A stretch of DNA of 64,000 bases, from the NCBI GenBank assembly GCA_965112735.1, contig OZ218965.1:744001-808000 (forward strand). The letters are read 5' to 3'. Position 1 is the stretch's first letter. Every line of letters starts with the position of its first letter. The notes below the pieces were generated by a model. The model was not told where the DNA came from and ran no database searches. It saw only the letters and a list, made by a program, of their open reading frames with translations. Source of the stretch: Phaeosaccion multiseriatum. Its lineage: Eukaryota; Protista; Ochrophyta, other classes. The position numbers and the translations under genes were made by a program. This document shows, piece by piece, positions 11,892 to 25,195 of this stretch.

Positions 11892-14800
11892 ATCCAGCAT
11901 GCACCATCCACCGTGCATAAGAATCTGCAAATCGTGGCGTGGGAGCATGTACGTTTGTTAGGTTATTGCAGCTTTTTGCTTTTTTTTGTTTAGTTTGTCT
12001 CCTGTTCTCTGCAAGGAGTGTGCATCCTGTCTTCAAGGTTTCTGCTGCCCTCATTGGTGTGTGTGCACCCAAGCCTTCGTTCCTTGACTTTCACCACAAA
12101 TCCCCTCTCCACCCTCCACCATGACTCATGACTAATGAAGCAAACACAACGGAGTAGCTGACCCTCCCTTCTGTGACCGTAGAGGAGCATCCGCGTTACC
12201 CACCCGCTTTCTGCTCTCTCGCGCGCTCTCTCTCGCGCCCCTCACCCGTCCATCCTCGTGCTGATTGGTGACTTACCTCCCTTTCTTCTTCTCCTTCCGA
12301 CCTCTGTCCTCCACTTTTGCTTCCACGATTCCCCACGCCGTCGCCAGGCCAGTGGGGTGCGAATCACCAAAGAGGAAGGCTTCGTCAAGCCTAGGTGGAG
12401 CAGGAAGCTGCTGGCCCGCTTGATGGAACTCGAACTGTACACGAACGAGCATGTCCGAGTCTGCTTCTTGGCATGTGCTGATCTACAACGTGCGTGCGTC
12501 TTGTTGGGAGAGGAGAGAGGGAGCTATTATAGTGGAGTACGTGCCGTTTGGAGGGCTAGGGGAGAGGAAATGGGGTTGGAAGGGGGGAGCGAACATGCTC
12601 CCTCCCCCCCCCTGGGACGAGAAAGACTGAGCGTAGGAAAGTCAAAGTCCCATGCCTCTTGAGTTCCACTCTCATCAAAAGTGCTTTCTGTGTTTGCACC
12701 CCTCCTCCTCTTCACTTATTCCTCCCCCTGCACTCCTACCACCACAGGGACCGAGGAAGCGGAGTTCATACTCCACCTGGGCAGCCAGCTGCCAGGGTCC
12801 TCTTTGTGTAGCGCGGATCAAACCCTTCACATGTGTGCCCGGGGCAATTTGAGGTATTTGCCGCTCCTCATTAACAGCGGCATAGTCGACCCTTTCACCT
12901 CGGTCGAGAACGATAAGCGCTTCACTCCACTCCTGTAAGTCCCTTACTGATGTCCCACTGCAATTCTTCCAATAATCTATGTCGACACTAGATATCGATC
13001 TCATATCGGTGTGCTTTGAAGTTGGCATACGCATTGCATTACACAAAGAATGGTCCACCCATGAACCCTTCCGCGGCCCACAGAAGGCCAAGCACACCCA
13101 ACCCCCCCTCCCTCTTCTCCCTCATTTTAGTATGAGAGGGAGGCACCTCGTCCATTCTTTTCTTCCGTCCGTGTTGTCGACAAGCGAGAGGCCCCTTTCT
13201 CTCTAATGCCCCCTTGTCTACTGCTGCTGCTGTTGCTGAATGACCAACTGCTACTGCTGCTGCTGCTGCTGTTGCTGCTGCTGAATGACCAACTGCTACT
13301 GCTACTGCTGCTGCTGGCTGTCAACATACGCACCACCCCTCCTTCCCTCTACGTACCACAGATACGCTTGCCTTATGGACTTCAAGAAGGAGGAGGATCG
13401 ACATCGCGTGTTGGAGATCATGCTCAAGCCGCCACCGCCAGGCCCAGACACCCCCAACGAGCCGCGAGCCTGGGCCATCAAGCGCAAAGTGGCAATTTTG
13501 AAAGTTATGGATGAGCTTGCCGAAAGGCTGGTCTTGAACCGGGTAAGTGTGAGTGTACGGTACTGCATGGGCGGACCAAGAGGGACGGACGGAGGCTGGG
13601 GGGGAGGGAAGGTCTGCGGTCCAGTGGATGCGGTATGTTGGGGCACCTCGTTGTGTCTGCCGGAGTCGAGACCGCAGTCAGCGAGGGCGATGAGTGATTT
13701 CTTGACTTACTGGGCACCGAAGCAATTCTGTGTACGAGAGAGAGAGAGAGCCTGTGATTGCCCCCCTTTGACCTCCCTCACGCTCGGCGGCTCCTGACAC
13801 CCTCCCTTTGTCTGTATCGCCTGAAACGCCTGAAACGCCCCTCCCTCCCTCCCTCCCTCCCTCCCTCCCTCCCTCCCTGCCGGCAGATGGAAACGCTTGT
13901 TGTGCTCGGCGGATGTTGCCCCAGCAGATTCATCTACCCCGTGCTGCGGGCAATGGTCAGTGGCTCACTTAGTCGATTTCGATTCGATTTCGAAAACTTC
14001 TGTGTATTACTCAATTTTTTTCTTTCATGTCTCCCCCTTCCTCCCATCCACTGCCATCCACCCACGTGCACTGCAAGCCCCTCATTCAGCCCCGTGTCAA
14101 GATGGCGGAGGTACGAAGCAGTCTGTGCAGGATCATCGATTTGGTGCACTCTCCTCCCGACACCCCTGGCTTGGGCGAGCCTGCCAACTGTGATGACTCT
14201 ACGATTCTACATGCCGCCATAAAAGCAGACGACGTTGATATCGTAAGTGGAGAAGCGAGGCACGATTCCACCCCTGGGACCACTCAGTAGGGAGGTGTTG
14301 TCTCCTCCTTTCAGACTTGCAGAGGACTTGAGGGGGGGGGGCGACTGACTGACACGCCATCGACCCTCGCCTCCCTTCTTTCGCGATGAAAGCAGAGGGG
14401 ACGGAGTACGGAGTGACAGTCCCTGCTTGACCACATCCGATGCTCAGGAAGCATTCTTTGCCCCTATTGCTTTGCTTTTGTCTCATCCTTCGCCCTCCTT
14501 CCCCTGCCCTCTCTTTTCCTGTGCCGCAAGATGAGGCACCTCCTCCCGAAACTGTCCAAGCAGCAGGTGGAGCATCGTTACGGGGATCAAAAAGTCTCCG
14601 TGCTGCACTTGGCGGTGGAGAATTGCTCTGCCGGGGTGCTGCAAGCTCTGCTGGAATTCGGCATCTCTGTCGATGAGCACAGTAAGTGAAACCTCCCTCC
14701 CCCCCCCCCCCCTTTCCGTCCCTGCCCCATCGCACACTGACTGACTGACTGACCCCCCTGCCTACCCCTCGGATATATGCCGCCGTAACCCCTGTAACCG

Positions 14801-17800
14801 CCGTAACTGCCGTTTGCAAGCCTCGCCGGCGGACGTCAAAGCTCATTCGGAGGCTGCTCATAGGCATGTGGGCGTCACCCCACTGTGGCAAGTGATGCAC
14901 TACAAGGGCAAAGATGACGTGGTGGAAGTGCTCCTCAAGTTTGGCGCCAACCCCTTGCGCACCCCCGGCATGATGGGGAGCAAAGACAAGAGTCGCAAGA
15001 ACGTGTCCCCAATGGATGTGGTAAGTTTTTCACCCGTCGCAGAGGGAGAGAGAGAGGGAGAGGGAGGGAGGAGGAGAGGAGGAGAGGAGGAGAGGACGGG
15101 GGGTGAGGGGTGAGCGTTGGTGCTTTGGGCACAACTCTTGGGGGTTTGAGTTGGGCGGCGGTGAAGGGTTAGTAATGTCGTTGCTTGTGGCAATGCCCAA
15201 CCTTGTCCTCCTCCACCTCCTACCCCTCCTGCCTCAGGCGAAGGTAAAGGGTCCAGCCTACCTGGCCTTCATCAAGCAGTACATGAAAGAACGCCCAGGG
15301 CTGCGGGCCAAGTACGAGAAGGAAGCGGCGGCCAACGAGGGCCTCCAGAGGTAGGTAGGCTCATGGAGGACCGACCAACCCTACCAACCCTCTGGGGACC
15401 AACCAACCCTCCAAAGGCCCTCAAACTTCCCTCGGCCTTTCCTTCTTCGAGCGATTGGATAGTACCGAACTCACCCCCCTCTGCTTTGAAGGGACACGAG
15501 GAGGTCTTGACGTCATCAATCGTCACCAATGCCTCCCCGAGTTTGTTTGTCTGTCTGTTTGTTTGTTTGTTGCATTTGTTCATTAATGACGACTTGTGCC
15601 CCCCCCCCCCTGCATGGGTATTGCTTTGGGTGCAGGAGGCTCGCGGAGAGAAGGGGACAGAAGGACGCGGCCGAGGCTGCGGCGAAAGCGCAGGCCAGCA
15701 AGGGCAGCAGCAGCAGGGGGCACGAGGAGCAAGCAGCGAGGGAGGCTCGGGAGAAGCTGTTAGCTGAGGAGGAGCAGAGCGCGGAGAAGCAGAGGCTGGC
15801 CGACTCAAAGGTGAGCCATCCAAGCCAAGCCAGGCCTTTGACCCGGCCTCTGTCAGCCAGAGTGATGTGGTGATCGAGCCAAGCCAGCCTGTGACCGAGC
15901 CTCTACTACTCAGTGACAGAGATGTACGGACATGAGCTCTCCCACCCGCCTTCTCACTCACACGGAGATGTGTGCAGAAGGCCTTGTGTGCTCTGTGTGT
16001 CCTGCAGCAATCGCCGCTCATGTAGCACTGTGTTGCCAAGTCTTATCCGCAGTATTGCTTTGCTTTCTGTCGTTGTACTTTGTACGCTACACGTAATTCT
16101 TACGTACCCCTTTCTCTCATCTCAGGCCAAGAGCAAGAAGAAAAAAGGAAAGGGGAAAGGAGGAAAGGGGGGCTCAAGTAAAAAGGGAGAGAAGGAGGCC
16201 AAAGCAGCAGCAGGAGCAAGTGGAGCGACCCCGACAAAGGGCGAAGGCGACGACGGGGCTGGGGAAGCAGAGATGGAGCGGAAGGAAGGGGGAAAGACGG
16301 AGGAAGAAGCAGAGATGGAGCGGAAAGAAGGGGGAAAGACGGAGGAAGAAGCAGCAGGTGGCATGAAGAAGAATGATGGGGGAGACAGGGTGTCCCACTT
16401 CGATTCTCCAGCACCACCAGCACCTCCTCCACCTCCGCCACCAGCGAATCCTGGAGGGGAGTCGATGGCAGTGGATGGAGAGAGAGCGCAGCAGGCACAG
16501 CAGCAGTATCGGGAAGAGAAGGCACGGGACCTTGGCAAGGACGGCGCCAATGGAACCAACGGAACGTTCGACACTGGCGCGCCTTCCACGCCTTCAACTA
16601 CCTCGCCTTCATCTTCAGCAGTGGCTGATGCCGTGTCTCCTGCGGTTTCAGCGTACGAGTCTGCTTGTTCCACACCTTTCGACAGCCCGCTTCAGTCTCC
16701 CAATACGGACGAGGAGGAGGAGGCGGAGCAGTGTATACGGGCCATAATGCGCGGTACGAAGGAACCGCAGCCTGTCAGCAGAGAGGAGGGTAAGGGTGTG
16801 GGTGAGGGGGGGGGTGTGGGTAGTGGTGTTGGTGAGGGTGAGATCAAGCACGAAGGGACGGAGCAGGAGAAGCGAATGGAGGAGTACCGACGGTGTGTGG
16901 CAGTCGAGAAGCAAGACGCCGCCTTCCAGGCCCAATTGAAGGTTTGGCAGCAGCAGAGGCCCAAGAAGAGCAGGAAGAGGTATCTGTACGACCTCAAGAC
17001 CGGAAACAGCATGATTATGGCGGGAAAACTGTACAGCGCCCTCATGTGGCTCACAGAGTAAGTTCGATTGGAGGAGAGGGAGGGAGGGACGGAGAGAGGG
17101 AGGGAGCGAGGGGTGAAGAATGAAGAAGCACGACGGGAAGGTATGCACCTCCCTCCCTCTCTCCCTCCCTCTCTCTCTCCCTCTCTCCCTCGCTTTTTTC
17201 CTACACTCCCTCAGAGGCGAAACGAAGGCCGGGCGGTGGATTCGCGTGACGACTTTTGAGTTACCTGTGGCGTATCCTCTCTTCCCCACCGAGCGGGCAG
17301 GGTACCTTTCGTCTCCTGTCGCAAGCTAACTTTGGACCTCACTTCACCCCTCCCCCACCCCCCCCCACCCACCCCCCCCTATGCTCTTCGCTGCTTTGAT
17401 TTTACACGTGTTGGTGATACACTAGGCTCATTGAGAGGCACGATCCGTGCACGGAGGCCTTGCTGAACAGGGCCTGGGTTTTCCTGCTGTTGGATGAGCC
17501 TCGACCGAACGAGTGCCTTCTGGATGTTTCCAAGGTAAGGGAGGAGAAGGAAGAGGAGGAGAGGAGGAGGGGAGGGAGGAGGAAGGGGAGGAGGGAGGAG
17601 GAGGAGGAGGAGGAGGAAGGGGATGAGGGAGGAGGAGGAGAGGAGGAGGAGAGGGAGGAGGAAGGGGAGGAGGGAGGAGGAGGAAGAGGAGGAGGAGGAG
17701 GAGGAGGAGGAGGAGGAGGAGGAGGAGGAGAGGGAGGAGGAAGGGAAGGAGGGAGGAGGAGGAGGAGGAGAGGAGGAGGAGAGGGAGGAGGAAGGGGAGG

Positions 17801-18643
17801 AGGGAGGAAGGGGAGGGAGGAGGATGCTCGTATCCCTCGTGCGCTGTCTATCCCGCACCCACACCCACCCACACACCCCACACCGCCCCTCTTGTGTGTC
17901 TTTTGTTGTCCTCTTGTCTCTCTTGTGGTGCGTGTATGTGTATCCGTACCCCGCACGCTGTATCTCTGCTCCTCTGTCTCTATTTCTCACTGTGTCACTG
18001 TCTCACTGCTCCTCTGTGTCTCTTTGTCCCTCTTGTGGTGCGTACGTCTGTGTATCCGCACCCCGCACGTCCGCCTCTCTGCGCCTGTCTCTGTCGCTCT
18101 GCTCTTCTGTCTGTCTTGTGGTGTGGTTTTTGTTTGTCCATTCCTCTGTGCGTGATATATTTATATATACATGTTTATACATATATGTTTGTGTATGTGT
18201 GCACAGGTGCTGAGCAAAGACACGGAGAACAGGAAGGCCCTGTTCAGGCGGGCGGAGGCCCTGCGCCTCTTGGGAGACTTGGATGGTGCCTACAGAGACC
18301 TATCGAGGTTGGAGCAGCTTGAGCCAGGTAGGGAGGGCAGGGTGTGTTGTGCTAGTGGAGAGGTCAGCACGACAAGTGCTCTCCTGCGACAAGTCTCTCC
18401 CTTGTATCTATCTCTCCCTCTCGCTCTCGCTTTCTTTGTCTCATGCTCCCTTCTCTCTCCCCCCCTCTCTCTCTTCTGTATCTGTCTTTTGTCTCTCCCT
18501 CTCCCTCTCCTCTGCCTGTCCCCTCTTCTCACTCTCTTATGTTCTGCCCAGGCAATCCACAATTGACGGATGCGATGAGCAGGGTGCAGCAGCTGCAGGA
18601 TGAGGACATGGACAGACAAGCCAGGCTGCTCTGTGATGACTAG
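9156..18643 (+). CDS. Large multi-exon ankyrin-repeat and C-terminal TPR protein
   Basis: Ankyrin-like segments: NLLGAAILCNNSRLVSILLELGA, STILHAAIKADDVDIV, SVLHLAVENCSAGVLQALLEFG, TPLWQVMHYKGKDDVVEVLLKFGANP. A K/E-rich coiled coil follows, then TPR segments LLNRAWVFLLLDEPRPNECLLDVSK and NRKALFRRAEALRLLGDLDGAYRDL. Stop at 18643; internal exon boundaries are approximate. Confidence 0.75.
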
Positions 18644-19330
18644 GGAAGGGAAGGGGCAGACCACATTGCTCTTGCTCCGAGTTCCCTGTGGTGACTTGTG
18701 AAGCGCGTGAACGGGTAGGCCAGAAGGCCAGGCTGTAAAGGGGCGTGGGGAAGGGAAAGTGAGTGGGGAGAGGGGAAGGGCGCGAGGAGGGAGTAGCAGG
18801 GGGAGCTGCCCTCTCATCGTCTGGTAGGGGTGTGTGGGGGGGGCGGCATGACCTGAGAGAGAGGGGGGGGGGAGGGAGGAGAGAGAGAGAGAGAGAGAGA
18901 GGGCGAGAGAAAGGAACAGAGAGAGAGAGAGGACAGCGAAGAAGTATGTAGTCGAGAACCGAAGAGTTGCGCGACGACAGAATGGATATTGGCATTTTTG
19001 TCTTTTTTTAAGTGGTGGCTGGGTGAGGATACTGATGTATAGTATATTGACTTTTATGAAAGGCGGGTGTGGGTGTGACGAGAATCGTAGATTCGTGACG
19101 ATAATAAAAAGTTGGGGTGTTGGTCCTCTTGTCTCACAGATTCGAAAACGGTGGCCAATTAGATGCCCTCTTGTATCCCTCCCTTCCATTCTCTTCCCGG
19201 CTAATATCACTGCTCAACTGAACCATAAGCCCTTTTAATCCAGAGACAGAGAGAGGGGTGAAGCGGTTAAGTTAAGCCCTTTGCGCCTCGGAGAGAGAGG
19301 GGTGAAGGAAGGCGGTGGAAAGGCCTACCC

Positions 19331-20223
19331 ATGAGTACTGGAAACACGGCAATTGCGCAGCAGGCCCCACAGCCCCACCACTTGCTGGGGCAAAGGCAGC
19401 GCCAGTGGCAGCTGATGCAGCGTCAAGCCCTACAGCAGCAGCAGCAGCAGCAGCAGCAGCACGCGCAGCAGGAGGCGCACCAGCAGCAAGGTAGCTATGG
19501 AGCAGAGTACTCAGAGAGATATTGGGAGCAGCAGCAGCACCAGCAGCAGCACCAGCAGCAGTACCCACAGCACCAGCACTCGCAGCCACAGCCACAGCAG
19601 CAGTCGCAGTGGCTGCAACAACGACCACCACCTCAACCGCAACAACAACAGCAGTGGCAGGAGCACCGAGCTATGCACCCACAACACGCACATCCACAGC
19701 CGCAACAGGGACATCCGCAGCAGAGCCATCAGCGCCAGAACCAGCACCAGCAAGCGCAGCAGCAGAGTCACCAGCACCAGCATCAGAACCAGCACCCGTA
19801 CCAGCCCCGGCAGACAGGAGGGGCGGGGATTGTACTTCAAGGGGGACCTGGACCTGCTCGATTGGCATTTAACCGTGGAAACCCCGGAGGCCCTGCCTTA
19901 GTGTCTGGTATGAAAAGAAAGAGGGAGGAGAGCCCTCAGGCAGCAGCAGCATCAAGCGGGAGGCACAGGCAACCACCTCCACGAGCTGTGACCACAATGC
20001 CCAAGCCGAGCACCGCTCAGCCCAGCGGCAACCCTACCTCGTTCTTCTACGGCAAGCTGCATGCTAGCAACGTGGCTGCAGCTGCAGCAGTAGCCCAGAG
20101 CAGTAAAGGACCCATCCCTCGGGCTCAGCCCCAAAACCCCCGCCCCCAGCAAGCGAGGGCACCGCAGCAGCGGCCACCGATACGACAAGCGCCAAGCGGG
20201 ACACCACACATCCATCAGCAACC

Positions 20224-20260
<37 letters not shown>

Positions 20261-20878
20261 CGACGACCAGGCCAGCACCACCAGCAGCACACGCAGCGAC
20301 CGCCGCACCAACAACAGCACCCCGTTCGGCAGGTTCCTCGCTTCGTGAACGCCCCTCCCCGCCCGCCGCCGCCCGCTGGCCCGGCCACTCGCTCAGGAGT
20401 ACGGGGCCCAATCGCTGGCCGCCCACCTCCTGCGCCTCCCTCTGCCGCTGCCCTCCGAGGGGGTGCGAAGGGGCCTCCCTCTGCACCACCCCACATGCAC
20501 CACCACCCGAGGAGGATGGCGACGGTCCCCCGGGGGATGACGCCGCCCCCCCGGGCTGCCCCAGGCTCGGCGGGAGGACTAATAAGGAAGGGATCTCCTG
20601 CGGTGGGCAGTGGTTTCGTAAGGGCACCGAGCGGAAGCTTCGCTAGAAGGGGACCAGTGCAGAGGCCACAGCAGTTGGTGGTACAGCAGCATCAGCAGCA
20701 GCAGCAGCAGTGTGGACCACGGCGAGCACGCAGCAGGCCCATCATGGCAATGTCTTCTTCGGCCGTCCCTCCGAAATGGGCTCTTGCCTCTGCCCCCCCC
20801 TTTGAGATGGGTAAGGGCATGGGCAGCTTGCGGCCAGAGGGTGCTGCTCCGCTCAAGAGGCCCAACACACTGGGGTAG
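19331..20878 (+). CDS. Q/H/P-rich low-complexity protein (515 aa ORF), function unknown
   Basis: Single long ORF with polyQ tracts and a basic NLS-like MKRKRE; no recognisable folded domain. Confidence 0.5.
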
Positions 20879-21523
20879 ATAGGAGGGCTTGAAGGGAGAG
20901 ACAGGAAGGACTGGAAGGATGGGAGGGACGGGAGGGACGCGAGGGATCATCTATCGTGTCGCGGGATGGAAGGGTAGAAGCGTTGGGAAAGGAGGGCCCT
21001 GGTTAGGCAAGGGTCATGCCTACCAAAGGGGGGGAGGGGCGGGTCTTGCGAGGGTAAGACTTTCCCGGCCTTTCCCTCCCCCCTTGGTAGTGGGGAGGGC
21101 GCCGCAGTCGTCGGCCTTTCGCCCATCCTTTATAGCTTCCACTCTTTCCTTCCACTCTTTCCTTCCTTCCTTCCTTCCTTCTTCCAACGAGAATTATGTG
21201 CAAAGAAGAAGAAGCTCCACTTCGCTGCCATCTGCGTGACTCTTTCCTTTTCTGTCCCTCCCTCCCTCTTGCACTACTTTTTCGTGCTCACACGGCACAC
21301 AAAGGGCTTCAGAAATGCGCCAGAGATACCACACACTGCAGAGGAAGAAGGGGCAAATATAAATATACCCTAAATAGGAGAAGGGGGGAGAAATGAGAAA
21401 TTCTTCCCACACACGTGAAATTCTTCCCCGCGTGTTGGCTCTCTGAGCTACTCACAATTGGCGAGTGGGAGGACCCTCTCTCTCGACTATTCGCATACCA
21501 CTGGCTGTATTGCAAGGCCGGGA

Positions 21524-24005
21524 ATGAAATGCTGCCAGGTACCGAACGTGTGTGTATATGTGCGTGTGTGTATGTGTGGGGGCGGATGTGTTTGTGTGGT
21601 GTGTGTGTTGTGTCCCCTCCACTCCACTCGTCTCCCTTCCACTCCTCTCGTCTCTCCTATCCCTCCTTCATTCTCTCCTCCCCTCCTCACCCCTCCACAC
21701 TCTTCCTGTCCTCTCCCCGCTCCCCCCCCTCTCATCTCCTCTCCCTCCACCTTCCCTCACCACCCCTTCCCATCTTCCCCTGCACTCCTCGCATGCTCCT
21801 CCCGACACCCTGCTGGCCCCACAGATGGTGATGGGCCCTGCTGGTGCGGGCAAGAGCACCTACTGCAAGGCCGTTCAAGAGCACTGCCACAACTCCGGAA
21901 GGAGGATGCATGTGGTCAACTTGGACCCGGCCGCAGAGAGCTTCCAATACGAGGTCGCCTTTGACATTCGCGATCTCATCTCGGTGGAGGAAGCCATGGA
22001 GGAGCTGGAGCTGGGGCCTAACGGAGGGCTGGTGTATTGCATGGAGTACTTGCTGGTACGTGCGTGCGTGTTGGTGGTGCAGGGGGAGCAGGGGGGGCGG
22101 AGGCACAACGCTCTACCGCACGATGGATACCCGATGGACACCGCCACCGTCACTCTACTTCTCTCTCTCTATCTCTCTCTCGTCCTCAAGGTCCATTCCT
22201 CCCCTTCCACCCTCCTCTCCACACCCTCCAAACCTCCAACTCGAACCTTTCCAGCACCACCTTCTCCTCCTCTCCTTCCCCTCTTCGTACCCACTTACGT
22301 ACCTCCCTACCTCCCTACCCACGCACCTACCCACCTACCTACCCACCTGCCTACCCACCTACGACACCTCACCCACCCCTACAGGACAACATGGACTGGC
22401 TCAAGGACGAGCTCGACAACTACGACGACGACGAGTACATCATCTTCGACTGCCCCGGGCAAGTGGAGCTGTACAGCCACATCCCTGTCATGAGGCAAAT
22501 GCTCGACAGCCTGAGGGACTGGGGCTACAACATCTGCGGGATCTACACCCTCGACGCTACCTTCCTCACCGATACCTTCAAATTCATCAGTGGCACCCTG
22601 CTCTCCCTCTCTGCCATGGTGCAACTCGAGCTGCCGCACCTCAACGTGCTCACCAAGGTCAGACACGACATCAGACAAGACACCTCATGATAGGATGCCA
22701 TTCACAAGTCCCCTCTACTCCTCTACTCCCACCACCCAACTTCCCCCCTTTCTCCCTCCCTCCCTCCCTCCCTCCCTCTCTCCCTCCCTCCCTCTCTCCC
22801 TCCCTCCCTCCCTCCCTCTCTCCCTCCCTCCCTCCCTTCTCCTCCTTCTGCGGCTATCTCACACATCGATCCAATTGTACTCTATCGACTCTGCTCTCTC
22901 AACTCAATGAACGTGCTCTCTCATCTCAACGAACGTGCTCTCTCAACTCAACGAACGTGCCCTCTCAACTCAACGAACGTGCTCTCTCATCTCAACGAAC
23001 GTGCTCTCTCAACTCAACGAACGTGCCCTCTCAACTCAACGAACGTGCCCTCTCAACTCAACGAACGTGCCCTCTCAACTCAACGAACGTGCTCTCTCAA
23101 GTGCGACTTGGCAGACGAGGGGGAGGTGGAGCGCTTTCTCGACTCGGAGGAGGCAGGCACCATGGCGGTTCCATTCCGCAGCCACGATCTGACAGAGGGG
23201 GGGGGGGGCTCTTCGACCTTTACGGCAGGTGAGAGGGGGAGGAGGGAGGGAGGAGGGAGGGAGAAGGACAGGGGAGGAGTGAGAGTGGGAGTGAGTAGGA
23301 CGCCCACAGGCCTGCTGGCGAGTCGTCCATCTGTTTCACTTCCCGGCTCCTCGTCCAGCTCTCGGCACCCTCTCTTCACCACACAACACGCTCTCTCTCC
23401 CTTTACATACAGTACTGTGCATTGTCTTGTGTGTCGTGCCAGCGCTTACGGCTCTCTCACACCCGTCCCGTCCCCTATCTCACCCCAAGTCCCCCCTCCC
23501 CTCCCCCACAAACACACAAACGCACACGCACACACTCATCACACCTTCCCGCTCTCCTCTCCTGTCCTCTCCTCTCCTCTCCTGTCCTCTCCTCTCCTGT
23601 CCTCTCCTCTCCTCTCCTCTCCTCTCCTCTCCTCTCCTCTCCTCTCCTCTCCTCTCCTCTCCTCTCCTCTCCTCTCCTCTCCTCTCCTGTCCTCTCCTGT
23701 CCTCTCCTGTCCTTTCCTCTCCTCTCCTCTCCTGTCCTCTCCTCTCCTCTCCTCTCCTCTCCTCTCCCCTCCCCTGCCTCACCTCAGGCCAACAGGGGCC
23801 GGCTCGGCTGGCGGGTCTGACCGCAGCCATTGCAAGTGTGGTGGATGACTACACCATGGTGAGCTACGTGCCACTGAACATCGACGACGAGGACAGCGTG
23901 GCGCTGGTGCTGGCCCATGCTGATCACGTGTTGCAGTACGGGGAGGGCCTCGAGCCTAAGGAGCCCAAAGACGAGGACCTAGACGAGGGGGGTGAGGATG
24001 CTTGA
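21524..24005 (+). CDS. GPN3: GPN-loop GTPase 3
   Basis: Exons ~21524-21538, 21824-22055, 22385-22657, 23102-23228 and 23789-24005 give [62 protein letters not shown] and [12 protein letters not shown]. Confidence 0.95.
22893..23100 (+). repeat. 22-bp intronic minisatellite (TCTCAACTCAACGAACGTGCYC, ~9 copies)
   Basis: Directly visible tandem repeat in GPN3 intron 3, ending at the acceptor site. Confidence 0.9.
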
Positions 24006-24344
24006 AGGAAGGGGTGGAGGAAGGCGAGGAGAGGGAGGAGGAGGAGGAGGAGGAGGAGGAGGAGGAGGAGGAGGAGGAGGAGGAGGAGCAGCAGGAGGAG
24101 GAGGAGGCTGTCTGGGGGGTTGGGAGGGGGGCGGGCGGGGAACATCTAGGGTAATGATCACCGCCGTCGCTGCCACTAGTTTCGAGCGAGAGGAAGGAAG
24201 TGCCCTCCTGATATTCCCTCCTCCCGAAGCTGAACGAGCAGCGGAGCTTAGCTGAGCTGCTGGCGTAGCGTGGTCGGACCTCCCAGTGGCAACGGAGTTG
24301 GGAGGAGCAGTAGCGGCTTTGTATTGGCATGGTCTTGTGCGTGA

Positions 24345-25188
24345 GACACCACACTGGCAGGCTCGGCACGGTGTACACTCTGTGCCTCATGTGCAGCCCG
24401 GGCATGCCCACTTTGGTGCTGCCGTTTGCTGCCATCGCCTTCTTGGATGGAGAAAAAATCGTGTGCCTTCACGTGTACGGCATCCTGCCGCAGTACCCGA
24501 GTGATGTGATCCCGGGCCTGCTCAACAATACGCCCTTGTGCATGTGTGTGCATGTGAGGCTGGGCAATGGACACATTTTCGAAGCTTCTGAGGAGGAGCA
24601 CCCAGGTCAGTCTGAAACACGAACGTCACGTGACGCATACACACACCTTCCTGGTGCTGACCGGTGGGCTACATGCTCTACACGTGTTGTGGACACCCGT
24701 CACCGTTGCCTCTCTCTTCATCTCTGTGTTTCCTATCCCTCTATCAATGTCCTCTTTGTCTCTCTCTGCGCGGCTGTGTTTGTGTATCTCCATCTGCTCC
24801 CCTATCTCTGTCCCCCCCTTCCCGTCCCCTCTCACTTACCCCCTCTCTCCTCTCCTCTCCCCTCCTCCTCCCTCCTCCTCCTGCTGCTGCTGCTGCTGAT
24901 GTTGCGTTCCCTTGGCACTTCCCTCTGGCCTCTTCTCCCCTTCCCCCTCTGCTCGCTACCCTCTCCTCCCTCTCTCTCTTCCGCTCTGTGCGTCTGTCCC
25001 CCTTCTTGCAGGAGGCCGCACGCCATCGAGGCGGTGCTCTTCACTGGGCCGCGGACAGCCACGCCACAATGTCAGCTCCCAAGTAAGTCAGAGAAGGGAG
25101 AGGAAACAGACCTCCTTCCTGTTTTGCTTTTGTTGCAGGAGGGACTCACTGTAGGGCGCAGAGGGTCACACCCCTCCTGTCTGTGCGC
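24345..25188 (+). repeat. Dispersed repeat copy A (other copies ~29417-30312 and ~40817-41703), containing exon/intron-like gene debris
   Basis: Near-identical sequence from GACACCACACTGGCAGG through CAGGAGGGACTCACT occurs three times. It has + strand splice-like sites (CCCAG|GTCAGT, TTGCAG|GAGG, AA|GTAAGT) and frameshifts between copies. Confidence 0.85.
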
Positions 25189-25195
25189 GCTTTAC

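Noticed and set aside
12935-13080. AT-richer intronic segment as a possible snoRNA or insertion
   Set aside because: No clear C/D or H/ACA boxes, TIRs or TSD could be identified.
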